A stretch of 64,000 bases of DNA from Eledone cirrhosa (lineage: Eukaryota): positions 16,368,001-16,432,000 of the forward strand of contig OZ024743.1 of NCBI GenBank assembly GCA_964016885.1, in the 5' to 3' direction. Every line of letters starts with the position of its first letter. Within the stretch, counting starts at the first letter, position 1. A program made the translations under genes and the position numbers. A model generated the notes under the pieces. The model made no database searches. It saw only the letters and a list, made by a program, of their open reading frames with translations, and was not told where the DNA came from. Positions 41,501 to 56,592 of this stretch are shown here, piece after piece.

Positions 41501-43823
41501 AGTCAACCACACAGATCACGAATTTGTGGTCCGTGTAGCTGACTATCTTAAATTGTGGACAGCTTATGCTAGCCCTAACTATTTCCCTACAAAATACTCT
41601 ATCTAGATATGATCTGGATGATCCGATGCGATTTGTCCAAGTCCACATTGGCACATTCGGGAAATCCAATCGGTACATGTCAGACAGTTCAAAGTGCCTG
41701 AGCAAGTTGGTGAGGCTCGTGTACCCTCCTCCCCTATCCGCTAGCCCCACCCAATCCCAGCGTGCATCTAATATCCCGTTCCAGTCGCCCACTAACAATA
41801 GAGAGCGGAATGTTCCAAGAAAGTTCTCCAGACGCCGGAAAAATTCAGGCCGTCCTGCTCCTGTTGGTTATATGCGGCCACTAGCCTGAAAGTTTGTCCT
41901 TCTCTGCTGGTCACTTTCAGTACCACCAACTTACTCTCTGGGTCCAAGAAAACTGGCCGTATCTCGAGATCCAGACTTCTCCGGAACAACTCGGTTACTC
42001 TCCCCAGATTCGGGATGAATTGGAGACGTATACACCTCGTAGCCGCTGAAAATCGGTGCGAATGCCCGTGCCTCGGAGATTCTGGTCTCGCAGATGGCCA
42101 CCACATCTATGTTTAGCGACCTGAGATCGTTCAGAAGGTGCCCCTGCTTCCAAGACGACCCCAGGCCACGAACATTTATACTACCTATTCTGAGAGTAGC
42201 CATGTTGGCTAGGATAGGAGGAAAACAAGTGAGAGGAGAGAGGTACAAAATAATTACCTGTGGCTCTTTAGGAAGGGGGTGGGTGAACCATCCCTCCGAC
42301 CATTGGTGGGTTTCTACACGAGAATATCTGTGAATATTCTTTTGGTGATGTTCCCTCGGTAGTCTGCAATTGATGTGGGGAACATTTTTTTTAATGTTAT
42401 ATAATTTCTATTAGTTTTATGTATGTGTGTGTGGGGGGATGCAATTTTGATGGTTTGTACGTAGTTTGTTTCTGTGATGTTGGTGTGGTGTTGAATGTAA
42501 TTTAAAATATTTGTGTTGTCTGTGTCTATGGCTGTGTATTGTGTCTGCTGTTTGGGTGTTGGTGTTTTCTGTGTTTGCTGTCGTGTTGTTGGAGGTGACG
42601 ATCGGGTAGATGGTAAGGGTGCTGGTGGTGGTGGCGGTGGTGTTGTTGGTGGTGGTGATGATGTGGAAGGTGGTTGTGGGGGTGTGGCTGTTGATGGTGG
42701 AGGAGGTGGGGTAGTTTTCATTTTCTTTTTTTTAAAGATTCTTTCTTCCTCTTTTCTTTGGGGGGATGAGGGTAGGGAGTTCTTTTTTTGTTGGAATAGT
42801 TCTCTACTCTTCGGCTTCATCGCACTCCTTGTCCGATTTGGCTATATCAGGTAGGGGTATGCTTTCCCTTGGTTTTGTGCGTGTCGGAAGAGATGGTGTT
42901 TTTGTTGTGGGGGATGGTGATTTCTCTTCTGCCACCGTCTTCTTTGTTTGTTTGTCTGCTCCAATTTCAGGGCACGGCGTGAGGAGAAGAGGTGGGCGCG
43001 TGCCTGTTTTCGTAATTTTGGGGCACAATGCCTTAAGGTGCGTCTTGTCACCACATCCATGAGTCCTTGGGCGCCTACCTTCGACAGTCATGGGTAGATG
43101 GCTTCCGTCGTCCAGGTCTATTACATCGGGGATGGCCTCAACTCTTTCATGGTTTGCTTGGATGATTAGCTCCATCCCCGACCCTTTCCAATGTTCCTGT
43201 CTTATTCGTTTGACGTTGAGTATGGTTGTTGAATCCTCAACATCAGCGAGGACGGCTGCCGTCAACCATGACATCTCCACTGAGGGTGGAACCTGGCCTA
43301 CTCGAACCCTCACGACTCTCTGGCCGCAGTATGTGGGCTTCATTGTGATTTCGTCACTGCGGAGTGGTGCAATGGAGTGTGTTCTGGCTTCCTCTGGTGT
43401 AGCGAAGAGCACATACACAGTGCCATATCTCGATCTCCGGGCTATATATGTTTTCTGTGCCCAAACGTCACCCATAGCTCTTTGGATCTGTGACTCCGTT
43501 GCCGTTCAACTCGCCGGGATTTTGTTCAGATTGTGCGATAACTGACCGAACACAAAAGTTTGTTTCTTATTATCTCAGCTGGGCGGGTGAGACTTACCTT
43601 GTGTCCGTTTTTTTTAACCAATACCTTTGCTTGTTTTATCTCTTCATTAGTGATGTGTATTTGCTCAAACTTGTTGGTCGCTTTCGCGAAACATGTGTTT
43701 GTTTTGATTTGTGTTGACACGTCACTAGTTTTGTCTTTGTTACCGTCGTCGGTGTTTTTGTTTGTTTCTTTTGCCTTGGTGTTGCTGCTGTTATAGTTGG
43801 TGTTCTTTGGGTTCTTTGTGGTT
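38557..43823 (-). mobile_element. L1/Tx1-clade LINE: ORF1 (about 43800-42314) and ORF2 APE-RT (42203 to about 38808), frameshifted
   Basis: MATLRIGSINVRGL, VAICETR, LVGDWN, SYLDRVF, YTDHKFV, GKSPGLDGLPYE, FRPITLLN, AFDRVDH, SAYAED, CPRCAQGDETVLHAL; ORF1 knuckle HGCGDKTHLKALC; AATAAA at the 3' end. Confidence 0.95.
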
Positions 43824-43944
43824 ATAATAATAAGGAGTTGACGGACCCAGCATATCTATCAATGCCAGGACCGGTTGTATCTCAGCGTACTTAATAGGCA
43901 ATGTAGGATACAATCCCAGAGTAAACACATAGTTATTCGCTTCA

Positions 43945-43995
43945 ATAGTAAAATAATGAAATAATGTTAAAGGAATCTCAGTGGATCATCAACTA

Positions 43996-44052
<57 letters not shown>

Positions 44053-44110
44053 ATGTGTGTTATGTATAGTCGGTGATCCACTGAGATTCCTTTAACATTA
44101 TTTTACTATC
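43945..44110. repeat. Small fold-back around a (TA)n(TG)n spacer
   Basis: aatgttaaaggaatctcagtggatca / tgatccactgagattcctttaacatt. Confidence 0.9.
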
Positions 44111-46939
44111 AATGTATTGGTTAATCCGATCCTATATGCGAAATATGTTTTCCCAAGTGCCACACATTATGTAGTATATGTGTATATATATATACCAGGT
44201 TTAGTAATTAGCTTTAGGAATCAGAAAAGTAGCAAAGAAGGATTTACATTTTTCGCAAAGGGTTTTGATTAAAACAAGAAAATAAAGCTACAAAAATACA
44301 ACTAAACAAACACACAACTAGTAAGTACATAACATATATTGAAAACCCTCATATCTTTCTGTTATATAACTTTTAATAAAAATGTAAAATACTATAAAAA
44401 TATGTCTCAAAGGAATTTATCTGTAAGTTATGTCTTGCGCATATTCTATAATGTGACTTTTTTCATATCTGTCTTTGACATTTTGTCTACGGAAATTCTT
44501 CCTCTGGAGGTTCCAAAGATGCTTTATAGGAATATATCAGCAGAATGCATTTATGAAATATATTTAGCAGAATCACAGAGAGAAAATCGATTGAATAAGA
44601 AAATAGGGATAGGGACAGAGATAGGCATATATAGAGAGAAAGACCGTTGTACGAATGTTATCACGTTTGCCTATTTTAATACATTACTCACACAACATAC
44701 ATTGTAGTAGATGTGTAATAAATTCATATTAATTTACAAACACGCAACCGCATACACAATTGCACGCACACATATACACGCACATCCATACACATATAAA
44801 TATATACTTATCCACACACACATATAGGCACACACATGCACATACATGTGCGCACACACACACATATACATGTCTGTGTATATATATGTATGTGTAAATA
44901 TACAAATATACATATATATATATATATATATATATGCGCGCATGAGAGGTTTGCTCTGTGGCTGTACGTGTGTAGGTTGATATGTTTACCCACACACTCA
45001 CATGTAAATATTATTATGTATATTGATAGATGATTATTATGATCGCTTGCGTTGACCCCTACACATGTGAAATTTCAACGTTCAAAAATTCTTCCTTTGC
45101 AACATCTTCGTTTACACTTCTATGTGCAAGCTAAAAGCCTTCAAAAGATTGGACATTTGATCAGTAACTCTTTAGCGTATTGGTTAACTCATTTTCCCGG
45201 CTCTACATAGATGTTTGTTTACTCCTGTCTACATACGTTGAGTCCACAGCGTAACTCTCAGGAATTCTCAACAATTGGTTACCATGTTATACTATTATTA
45301 CGGCCGTTTCGTTTAGTCCGCCTATATTTCACACGCCAACCTTCCCCAATGCTTTTTAAGACACCCGTTATCTATACATGCATACACGTAGTTGGCAATT
45401 CAATATTTGGGAATTAATAGGATATTCTTGACGATTACTACAACCAAACACCGTGGTATATTCTGTCTACTCTATTGCCACGGATGTGATTATTCAACTA
45501 TAATTTTACAAAAACTAATCAAGATTGTAATAGTTTGTAGCTGGATTTTAGAAGTTTACCTCGGTAGGGCTTATGAGTATATGGTAACTAAACTTAAATA
45601 CTTATTAGGATAAATGCGTTATAATACAAGCGTCTTTTATTTTGTGACAAAATGTTGAAATTGTCTTATTCATTGGCGATACTGAATACAAGGGAAAGCC
45701 GTGGCGGTTTTCAGACATTTTTTTTCTTTTTCTCTCCATATAACGTTATCATATTTCAACGTTTTAATGTTTCTTTAAGACAACAGTTATTAATATATTA
45801 AAAAATATGCCCCCTTTGTACACAGAGGTATTTCAAAATGTATTTGAAGCAAACCGCACTCGTTTTAAGTATTTTAATTATTATACTTTTGATTATTTTA
45901 AAATTATGTGCATAGTGATATGTCATATAATATCTACCGCAATATGAAGCTAGCCGTACTATCTGTCATAAATAAAATCATTCTGAACATATGAGCAAGC
46001 CCTGGTTGTTTGTACATGTTTTTTAAAACATTCTTATGCATTCCAAATGTTTCTTAGGATCTTGTGCGTTCTGACAAAAGTCGAATGGAAAGGAATCTCA
46101 TTTATTAATATATGGAATAAATCTATGATATGATGTTCATTACTGAAATATGTCTCTGAATGTATATACTCTCACCACGATAGCATATATTATTAAAGTG
46201 CTACTATCAGTGGAATATGACTTACTAAATTATAAGCAGTAAAGTCTCCATTGAAACATAAGATGTCTCCTAAATCTTATGACTAAGTATCAAAGCTGGA
46301 ACACCACCACTGAGTTGTTGATATTGTAACGTGTAATTAACCAACAAGTATTCGTTAAAACATACCCTGGAATATATCAAATGGTGCATGTTACTGACAT
46401 TAGAGTATATGTTGGCATATAAAATATGTTGGCATTAGAAAATATGTTGAACATATTTCATGTTTGTCTGGTTAATGCTATTTTGCATATAATAAATCAA
46501 CCCACAGAGGCATATTCCGGAAAACAGTTTTAAAATAATAATGTTCAAGATAGATCTCAGACATACGCATAACCTTCAGAATGGTCACTCTCACAATCTA
46601 TAAAATTATATCAATAAACGAAATACACGATATGAATATATTTGTATAAATATTTGTGGATAATAATGGTAGTTTACAACCAATGCTGTCTATAAATGTT
46701 TGCTTTAATATATACGCGTGTGTACATATGTGAGACGTGTGAATGTTTGCATTTGCGTGGACTATGCTACGATTATTGGATTTGTATATCTTATTTGTAT
46801 TTCATATACTCCATGTAGTCTTGTAAACGATATAGAAAAGATAATTTAATAAATGCACACCTAAATACACACACAACAACACGCAGAGATACACATACAC
46901 ACATGCATATATGTTATATGAATATATGTGTATATACAT

Positions 46940-48040
<1,101 letters not shown>

Positions 48041-49779
48041 TGCATGGATGTTTTTATGTATGTTTATACATATGGGAAGCGGGGCACAATCCTTTTTGAC
48101 CACTTGAAAAATTCCCTACTCAATGATGACGCCAAGGATTCGACTCGAATATGTTGGATCTTAGGTAAATAACGTTTCTGTATACTAGGACCTATTCAAT
48201 CATTTTTAGTTGAATTATGTACACAGAATATGTGTAGGCATTTGTCTTTGGGTTCCAACTGAAATTCAAAGGTCCAACTTCGTCACATATTGTGTCTCAC
48301 AGATAAGGTTTGTTTGTATGTATTTATATGTGTGTGTGTATGTCGGTGTGGCGGAGTGTATATGACTTAACCTGCTTATTTGAAGATGTCAAGTATAATT
48401 AATCGCACGTTTACATGGTTTATTTTATAATATTGTAATTAGGACAATTTAACTGAATGTCTATTATTTATGATATATCTGTCTCCCACCACGACACACA
48501 TTCTTGCAGGGATTCCCGCATATGCATATATATAAACCGGATTATAAACATCCGGTCTTTCGGATTAGCCAAAGCTGACTGATCATATAAACCAATTATA
48601 TTACTGTATAACTAGGTGACCTCGCATGAGAATTGCACATGTGTAACTTTTATCAGATCTGCAAATTGTTTTTCATGTGTTGTTTACGTAGTTTTCTTAA
48701 AAGTCTGTATTTTCTGTTTTCTTAAAAGTCTGTATTAATATATCATATTAATATTATCAAGGTTAACGAATAATTGAAAATCCTCAGCGAAATATGAACT
48801 CTTCGATGACAGCCATTTGCAGTTCCAGTTATCGAAATAATATTAAATTGAGTCAGTTCTTAATAATATTAGTCTGGATTTTATGTTCATTAATGTAATT
48901 TGATATGAAATTGAAAATTGTTTTAAGGAGATAAAACTGGACTAGCAGATTTGACAGATATGATGTTTCTAGTGATATGTTGTCTGCTAATTTCCGAATC
49001 TCCATGTTGTGAAGAGGAAGGGGAGTAGCAGCAAAATATAAACGGCAAATATTTGATATTTTAGATTTTATTGTATATTTAATATAGTGTTCGAAGTAAA
49101 TCTGTATATGTTCCAACAGTTATAGCGACTAGGCATGATGCTCAATAATGGATGTTGATGAGAAAACAACTTTAGAATATTTCAGCAGAAAAAAATCCAA
49201 GATATACAGGTGTATTGAATCGACAAACTGCATTAGCAAAGACACTTTACCTTTTGCAATGTTATAGATATTTCGAATTTATTTCAGTATTCATTCAAGT
49301 TCAAAGTTTCTATCCATGCATATAGTGAAAGAAATTGCAAAATAAGCACTCACTTTGTGAAAACACAAGCAGTTCTCTTAACTATTATCCTATTTCTCAT
49401 TAGTACCTACTTCAACTAGCTATGGCTTGTTGTATAGAAAAAAGAAAATTCCCTATATATTCCCGTCAGTATTGCAACATATTCAGTACCGAACCTAAGC
49501 CAGTTGATTCTAGAGTCTGAATGTTCTCCTTAGTAAGACATTTTCCGTTAAACTTTCATAAAAACAAGATGTTTCTGAATAGATATATACAATGATAAGT
49601 ATTATAACGAAGTGAACATCAACATAATTTACACGAAATTCTAATCACCCAAATACAACCAGTAAATATGACCATTACATCCCTCTCTTTCATCCCCAAC
49701 ACTTCACTTCACTCAAAATCAATGGTCTTGATTTTGCTCTTTGCTCATACACGTACTCTTATTCTCATAAACACTTCCC

Positions 49780-49960
49780 CAGACATACCCACATTCCTTA
49801 TATATACAGCAACACATTGCAGGCTCAGATCAGTTTGACCATCGTCAGTGACGAATGCGAGAAAGTTCACCAAACGTTAACTAGGATTTTTAAGGAAAAC
49901 GTTCCACCGAAGTTAACAGGGGTATTATTAGATTTACATAACAAAATTATACCAACTAAA
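49780..49960 (+). mobile_element. Possible old LINE RT N-terminal fragment
   Basis: AGSDQ / ECEKVHQTLTRIFKENVPP loosely resembles the PGPD..EC..L..IF..VP pattern. Confidence 0.3.
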
Positions 49961-49990
49961 AGTGAATTCATTCTTTTTATTATTTCATAC

Positions 49991-50077
<87 letters not shown>

Positions 50078-50120
50078 GAAAGATTTGAATGGATACAGTT
50101 TAGTTGAAAGGAATTTATTG

Positions 50121-50165
50121 ACACGTGTTTCTATAACACGTGTTTCTATAATATGACACGTGTTT

Positions 50166-50227
<62 letters not shown>

Positions 50228-50720
50228 AGAATATATAGAATATATATAATATATATTATATATATATAGAATATATAGAATATATATAATATATATAATA
50301 TATATAATATATATTATATATATTATATATATTATATATATTATATATTATATATATTATATATATATATATATAATATTATATAATATATATAATATAT
50401 ATAATATTATATAATATATAATATATAATTATATAATTATAATATATAATTATATAATTATAATATATAATTATATAATATATAATATATTTTTATATAA
50501 TATATTTTTATATAATATATATTTTATATAATATATTTTTATATAATTATATAATTATATATAATTATATAATTATAATATATAATTATATAATATATAT
50601 AATATATATAATATATATAATATTATATATATTATATATATTATATATATATATATTATATATATATATAATATATATATATAATATATATAATATATAT
50701 AATATATATAATATATATAT

Positions 50721-50777
<57 letters not shown>
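50121..50777. repeat. Three acacgtgtttctata repeats followed by a ~600-bp almost purely A/T array
   Basis: Directly visible. Confidence 0.9.
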
Positions 50778-50905
50778 GGAAACATTTGAACAGGAACAAA
50801 ACAGAGAGGCAGTACAACGAATGATTATTAATTTCACGCTCTGGAAAGTGGGGTTGTGGTATATATATATATTTGAAAATGTGTGTAATCCTTGGTACAG
50901 TTAGG

Positions 50906-51926
50906 TATATTAAGACAGGGGGGAAGAAAAAATGGCTTCACTTGTGCTTTCAACAAATTTATTTTCTTCACAAAACCCAAAATAATTTTTTTCCGGACTA
51001 GAAAATTTTTTTTTTTTTTTTTTTTTCCTTAAAAAAATTATTTTATAAATTAAGGTAGGTCTTAGGAGTTCTTGGTCAACGTAGGAGGTATTGTTTCGTT
51101 TTTAGAACGACCTTTCACGCTGAGGTGCGCTTGTCAAACTGATGTGTATGTGGTGTGTTGTTCTATATATAGGGATTTGACATGTCTGTGGTGTGGTGGG
51201 TTTTTTTAATCCCCCTTTTTAATAAGTGTATGGGTGTAGGTGTGTTGAAAAAGTGTTAATAGCAGTAATGAGTTGAGACGGTGAGTAGGGTTGGGTGGGG
51301 AGAAATGTAGCAAGTGCGACCTGCCCTGGTGATTCTCGAAAAATTCCTTTATTCAGGGGATTCCTTTGTGTTGAGATTGGTCACAGGCAAATCGCACCTG
51401 CCATGTTTGTGAACAATTATTTTTTTCTGAAGAATTTTTCTACGTCCATCCCAAAATGAGTCCTTTGTTCAACACACACATATGTGCGTATATACGTACA
51501 TACAAACACGGGCATATGTAGGAACATATAGGCACACACCATCAAGCACACACCCATGTACATATACATCCACATACATACACAAAAACATATGAAGACA
51601 CATACAAAAACACATAGACACATACGTACACACACGAATATGTACTCATACCTCCGCACGGGTATATATATATATATATATACATACATACCTATACATA
51701 CATATACACACATAAAGATACATAACTAAATATACATATATACCCATACACGCACACACACACACACACACACATACACATACACACACACATACACACG
51801 TGTACGCACACACACACACATATACATATGCCCATTATATACCTCCGTTCACACATACATGCATACACACACACATACATACACACATACATATATATAC
51901 ACACATATATATATAGAGAGAGAGGC

Positions 51927-51989
<63 letters not shown>

Positions 51990-52096
51990 CATATATGCAT
52001 ACATATATGTACACATAAACACATACAGACCTATACACACATATATACATACACATACATATATACATATATCTATATATATATATACACATATAC

Positions 52097-52127
<31 letters not shown>

Positions 52128-52188
52128 CATACACATACACATACACATACAAGTACATACATACACACATACATATATACACATACAT

Positions 52189-52221
<33 letters not shown>

Positions 52222-52418
52222 CATATATATACATATATATATACATATATATACATATATATATACATATATATACATACACACACACACATATACAGAT
52301 ACATACACATACATACACACACATATAAACATATATCTATATCTCTCTCTCTATATATATATACATATATATATATACACACACATACACATACATACAT
52401 ATATATACATATATACAC

Positions 52419-52449
<31 letters not shown>

Positions 52450-52668
52450 TATATATATATACACACACATAGAAACATACACACATCCATACATATATAT
52501 ACACACACACATACACACACCCACATACATATATACCCACACGTACATACATCCATACATACCTACGCACATATATGTGTGTGTCTCACCGTTCACTCAG
52601 ATATTCATGTGTACACATAAGAAGAGGGGGGGGGGGGGTAGTGAAATGGAATTTTACCTCCGAGTGTT
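50906..52668 (-). repeat. Left inverted arm (3' UTR / pseudo-LTR) of a Neptune/Nematis-type PLE
   Basis: Reverse complement of 53198-53935 plus 54931-55987. Confidence 0.95.
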
Positions 52669-53195
52669 TCTACAGCAATCTACCAAAATGAATGCACTCT
52701 TAAAAACCACACAGATAATTTATAGCCGACGCCAAGCACCCAAACTTAAAAAACTAATTACCAAGGCAAAATTTACGACCAACATGGAATCAATGCAAGT
52801 GACGAAATGCGGGGACCCTAGATGTGGAACCTGTGAACTCATCGAAGAGGGCAAACAGTTGTCCTTCAAAAACCATGATAATTTCAAGGTCAATGCAAAC
52901 ATGAACTGCAAAACGAAAAACCTAATATATTGCGCAACATGTCCACAGTGTAGAGAGTATTACATTGGGGAAACCGGAACGGGATTACATGATAGAGTCC
53001 GGGTACATAAACAACAAATTAAAGACCCCACAGTCAGAAATACCACATGTAGCGCACACTTTGCATCATGCGGGAAGGGAAGATTCACAATCTTCCCTTT
53101 CTTCAAGATATGGTCGGATAACGAACATTTCCGCAGATATAAAGAAGAATTCTTCATTTAAAAATTTAAACCACTACTGAACACGAAAAAATGAA
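52669..53195 (+). mobile_element. PLE (Neptune/Nematis-type) linker and GIY-YIG endonuclease, 5'-truncated
   Basis: [61 protein letters not shown]. Confidence 0.93.
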
Positions 53196-53400
53196 TTAAC
53201 ACTCGGAGGCAAAATTCCATTTCACTACCCGCCCCCCCTCTTCTTATGTGTACACATGAATATCTGAGTGAACGGTGAGACACACATATATGTGTGTAGG
53301 TATGTATCGATGTATGTACGTGTGGGTATATATGTATGTAGGTGTGTGAATGTGTGTGTGTAAATATATGTATGGATGTGTGTATGTTTGTATGTGTGTG

Positions 53401-53437
<37 letters not shown>

Positions 53438-53690
53438 GTGTGTATGTGTGTATATATGTGTATATATATGTATATATATTTATGTATGTGTATGTTTGTG
53501 TATATATATATATGTTTATATGTGTGTGTATGTATATGTATGTATCTATATATATGTGTGTGTGTGTATGTATGTGCATATATGTATATATGTGTCTTTA
53601 TGTGCTTGTGTGTACACACACATATATATATATATATATATGTGTGTGTATGTATGTGTGTGTATGTATATATATGTATATATATGTATA

Positions 53691-53737
<47 letters not shown>

Positions 53738-53937
53738 ATGTATGTGTTTATATGTATGTGTGTATGTATGTACTTGTATGTGTATGTGTATGTATATATA
53801 TGTATATATATATATATATATGTGTATATATATATATATAGATATATGTATATATGTATGTGTGTGTATATATGTGTGTATGTGTCTGTATGTGTTTATG
53901 TGTACATATTTCTATGTGTTTATGTGTACATATATCT

Positions 53938-54610
53938 ATGATTCCTGGACATATTTAAATCTCGAAATTCAAACCTGTTCTGTAGACGAATTTGAACCCC
54001 GAAACCCAAATAAGTTTCGCAACGGTGGAATGTGAATTGAAAAATAAAGAGAATAGAAATGGAGTTGAAATAAAAGAGTGAAATACCCAAATCTACTGTG
54101 AATATCAAGAGCTTAATTATTGTAAACGACTGAGAGTTTATTCTAAAAATATAATATAATGTATAGCTCCTTTATTGTATGAGCTGATCCATAATACTGC
54201 ATAAGCGGCTGTTATTTCTAGCACCGTGAATGCCGGATAGCTAGTTTTGGCTTGCCTGCACACGTGTAGTCAAACCTGCAACATTTTTGATGTGAGATAG
54301 ACTAATTTTACTGGATTCCTGTTGATATGCACAGTAGATTTGGGTATTTCACTCTTTTATTTCAACTCCATTTCGATTCTCTTTATTTTTCAATTCACAT
54401 GCCACCGTTGCGAAACTTATTTGGGTTTCAAATTCGTCTACAGAACAGGTTTGAATTTCGAGATTTAAATATGTCCAGGAATCATGGCTGTTGCCAATAT
54501 AAGCTTGTCTTTATTGACTTATTGACAGACAAATTGTATTTACTTTAATTAGTTTATTTCATTAATAGCTAACTTTGTCTGTTGCAATATGAACACATTT
54601 CGTGTTTATC
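53938..54610. mobile_element. Nested fold-back insertion with ~165-bp arms
   Basis: 53938-54108 is the reverse complement of 54322-54486. Confidence 0.85.
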
Positions 54611-54621
54611 ATATATTTTAA

Positions 54622-54703
<82 letters not shown>

Positions 54704-54719
54704 TTTACGTATCGAGAAA

Positions 54720-54931
54720 GAGAAAAAAAGGGGGTATAGTTGATACATATAGTTATTTGCCAAGTAGCGTCTGCCAAAGATGCTCGATACTAGTGCCGGC
54801 AGTATTAAATATTCGAAGTGTTAATATTTAGTGGGCTAGAGAGTTAGCAGAGCGTAAGCACGTGGGAAAGTAAAAATCGGAGAATAGACCGTTAAAACAT
54901 GTTTATTTAAAATATCACCTACTTTCCCACG

Positions 54932-54932
<1 letters not shown>
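54720..54932 (-). mobile_element. Short pseudo-LTR fragment related to 57495-57670
   Basis: Shares gctc(g/a)atact..gtgcc, gttaatatttag, agcagagcg, ggagaata, aacatgtttat, cacctac. Confidence 0.8.
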
Positions 54933-54964
<32 letters not shown>

Positions 54965-55105
54965 GCCTCTCTCTCTATATATATATATGTGTGTATATAT
55001 ATGTATGTGTGTATGTGTGTGTGTGTGTATGCATGTATGTGTGAACGGAGGTATATATACGGGCATATGTATATGTGTGTGTGTGTGTGTGTGTGTGCGT
55101 ACACG

Positions 55106-55136
<31 letters not shown>

Positions 55137-55748
55137 GTGCGTGTATGGGTATATATGTATATTTAGTTATGTATCTTTATGTGTGTATATGTATGCATAT
55201 GTATGTATGTATATATATATATATACCCATGCGGAGGTATGAGTACATATTCGTGTGTGTACGTATGTGTATATGTGTTTTTGTATGTGTCTTCATATGT
55301 TTTTGTGTATGTATGTGGATGTATATGTACATGGGTGTGTGCTTGATGGTGTGTGCCTATATGTTCCTACATATGCCCGTGTGTGTATGTACGTATATAC
55401 GCACATATGTGTGTGTTGAACAAAGGACTCATTTTGGGATGGACGTAGAAAAATTCTTCAGAAAAAAATAATTGTTCACAAACATGGCAGGTGCGATTTG
55501 CCTGTGACCATTCTCAACACAAAGGAATCCTCTGAATAAAGGAATTTTTCGAGAATCACCGGGGCAGGCCGCACTTGCTACATTTCTCCCCACCCAACCC
55601 TACTCATCGTCTCAACTCATTACTGCTATTAACACTTTTTCAACACACCTACACTCATACACTTATTAAAAAGGGGGATTAAAAAAAACCCCACCACACC
55701 ACAGACATGTCAAATCCCTATATATAGAACAACACACCACATACACAT

Positions 55749-55838
55749 CAGTTTGACAAGCGCACCTCAGCGTGAAAGGTCGTTCTAAAAACGAAACAAT
55801 ACCTCCTACGTTAACCAAGAACTCCTAAGACCTAACTT
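55749..55838 (+). ncRNA. U3-A8 hammerhead with long stem III (inverted copy at about 51052-51141)
   Basis: agt-TTGACAA-gcgc(acctca)gcgt-GAAA-ggtc-gttct...agaac..gacc-TA-act. Confidence 0.65.
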
Positions 55839-55980
55839 AATTTATAAAATAATTTTCTTAAGGGAAAAAAAAAAAAAAAAATTGTTTTTTTCTAATCCGG
55901 AAAAAAATTATTTTTCAATTTTGTGAAGAAAATAAATTTGTTGAAAGCACAAGTGAAGCCATTTTTTCTTCCCCCCTGTC

Positions 55981-56047
<67 letters not shown>

Positions 56048-56592
56048 TGTGTGTGTGTGTGTGTCTGCAGTGCTTAGACATGAAGGCACCATTAACACTT
56101 TGGAATATTCAATGCATTGTGAAATTAAGAGTTAGAATAGAGGTAAGTAAAATTCTAACCGTGGTGCAAAGCGATTTCAACTGGTGTGTTCGGCAAACCT
56201 TTACGTGTGTGTAGGAATGTTTGCAAGGTGTATAAAAATAGATCACACAAAATGACCGTGCTTTGGTCAAATTTGTCATTGTGGTAAGCTGTCCTGAGGG
56301 AGATGTTATCACCTAAATATGTATAACAGCGATTATGATAAACGAAGTGAATGATAACCCGTTGACTTTCACTTCACGTTTATATATATATATATATATA
56401 TATACATATACAAATTAAAAATTATAGTCAGTGGTGTAGATCACCCAAGGCGAAACCGCCCGGTGCTGCGGTCGGGATTATATTCGCCCTCTTCTTTTTT
56501 CTCTCAGACTCTCTGTATGTCTGTCTGTGTGCCTCTCTCCCTCTCGCTCTCTCTCTTTCTCCATATATATATAAATAAATATACATAAATAA

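Larger units (their letters stand above)
53198..55987 (+). mobile_element. 3' UTR / pseudo-LTR of the same PLE, interrupted by inserts at 53937-54932
   Basis: Microsatellite-rich UTR, structured region at 55485-55580, hammerhead at 55749-55838. Confidence 0.9.

Noticed and set aside
50121-50171. Short direct repeats as a CRISPR-like array
   Set aside because: No unique spacers and eukaryotic context; simple slippage duplication.
51300-55580. A-to-G editing signature between fold-back arms
   Set aside because: The few differences I compared were mixed and mostly CpG-type, with no A-to-G bias.
50906-55987. DNA transposon with long TIRs, or an RNA-guided nuclease system
   Set aside because: The ORF is a PLE GIY-YIG and the arms are its own 3' UTR; no DDE or RuvC motifs seen.
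56428-56490. CAGTGGTGTAG start resembling a MITE terminus; mariner-like words near 45060 and 45690
   Set aside because: No partner TIR or target-site duplication found.
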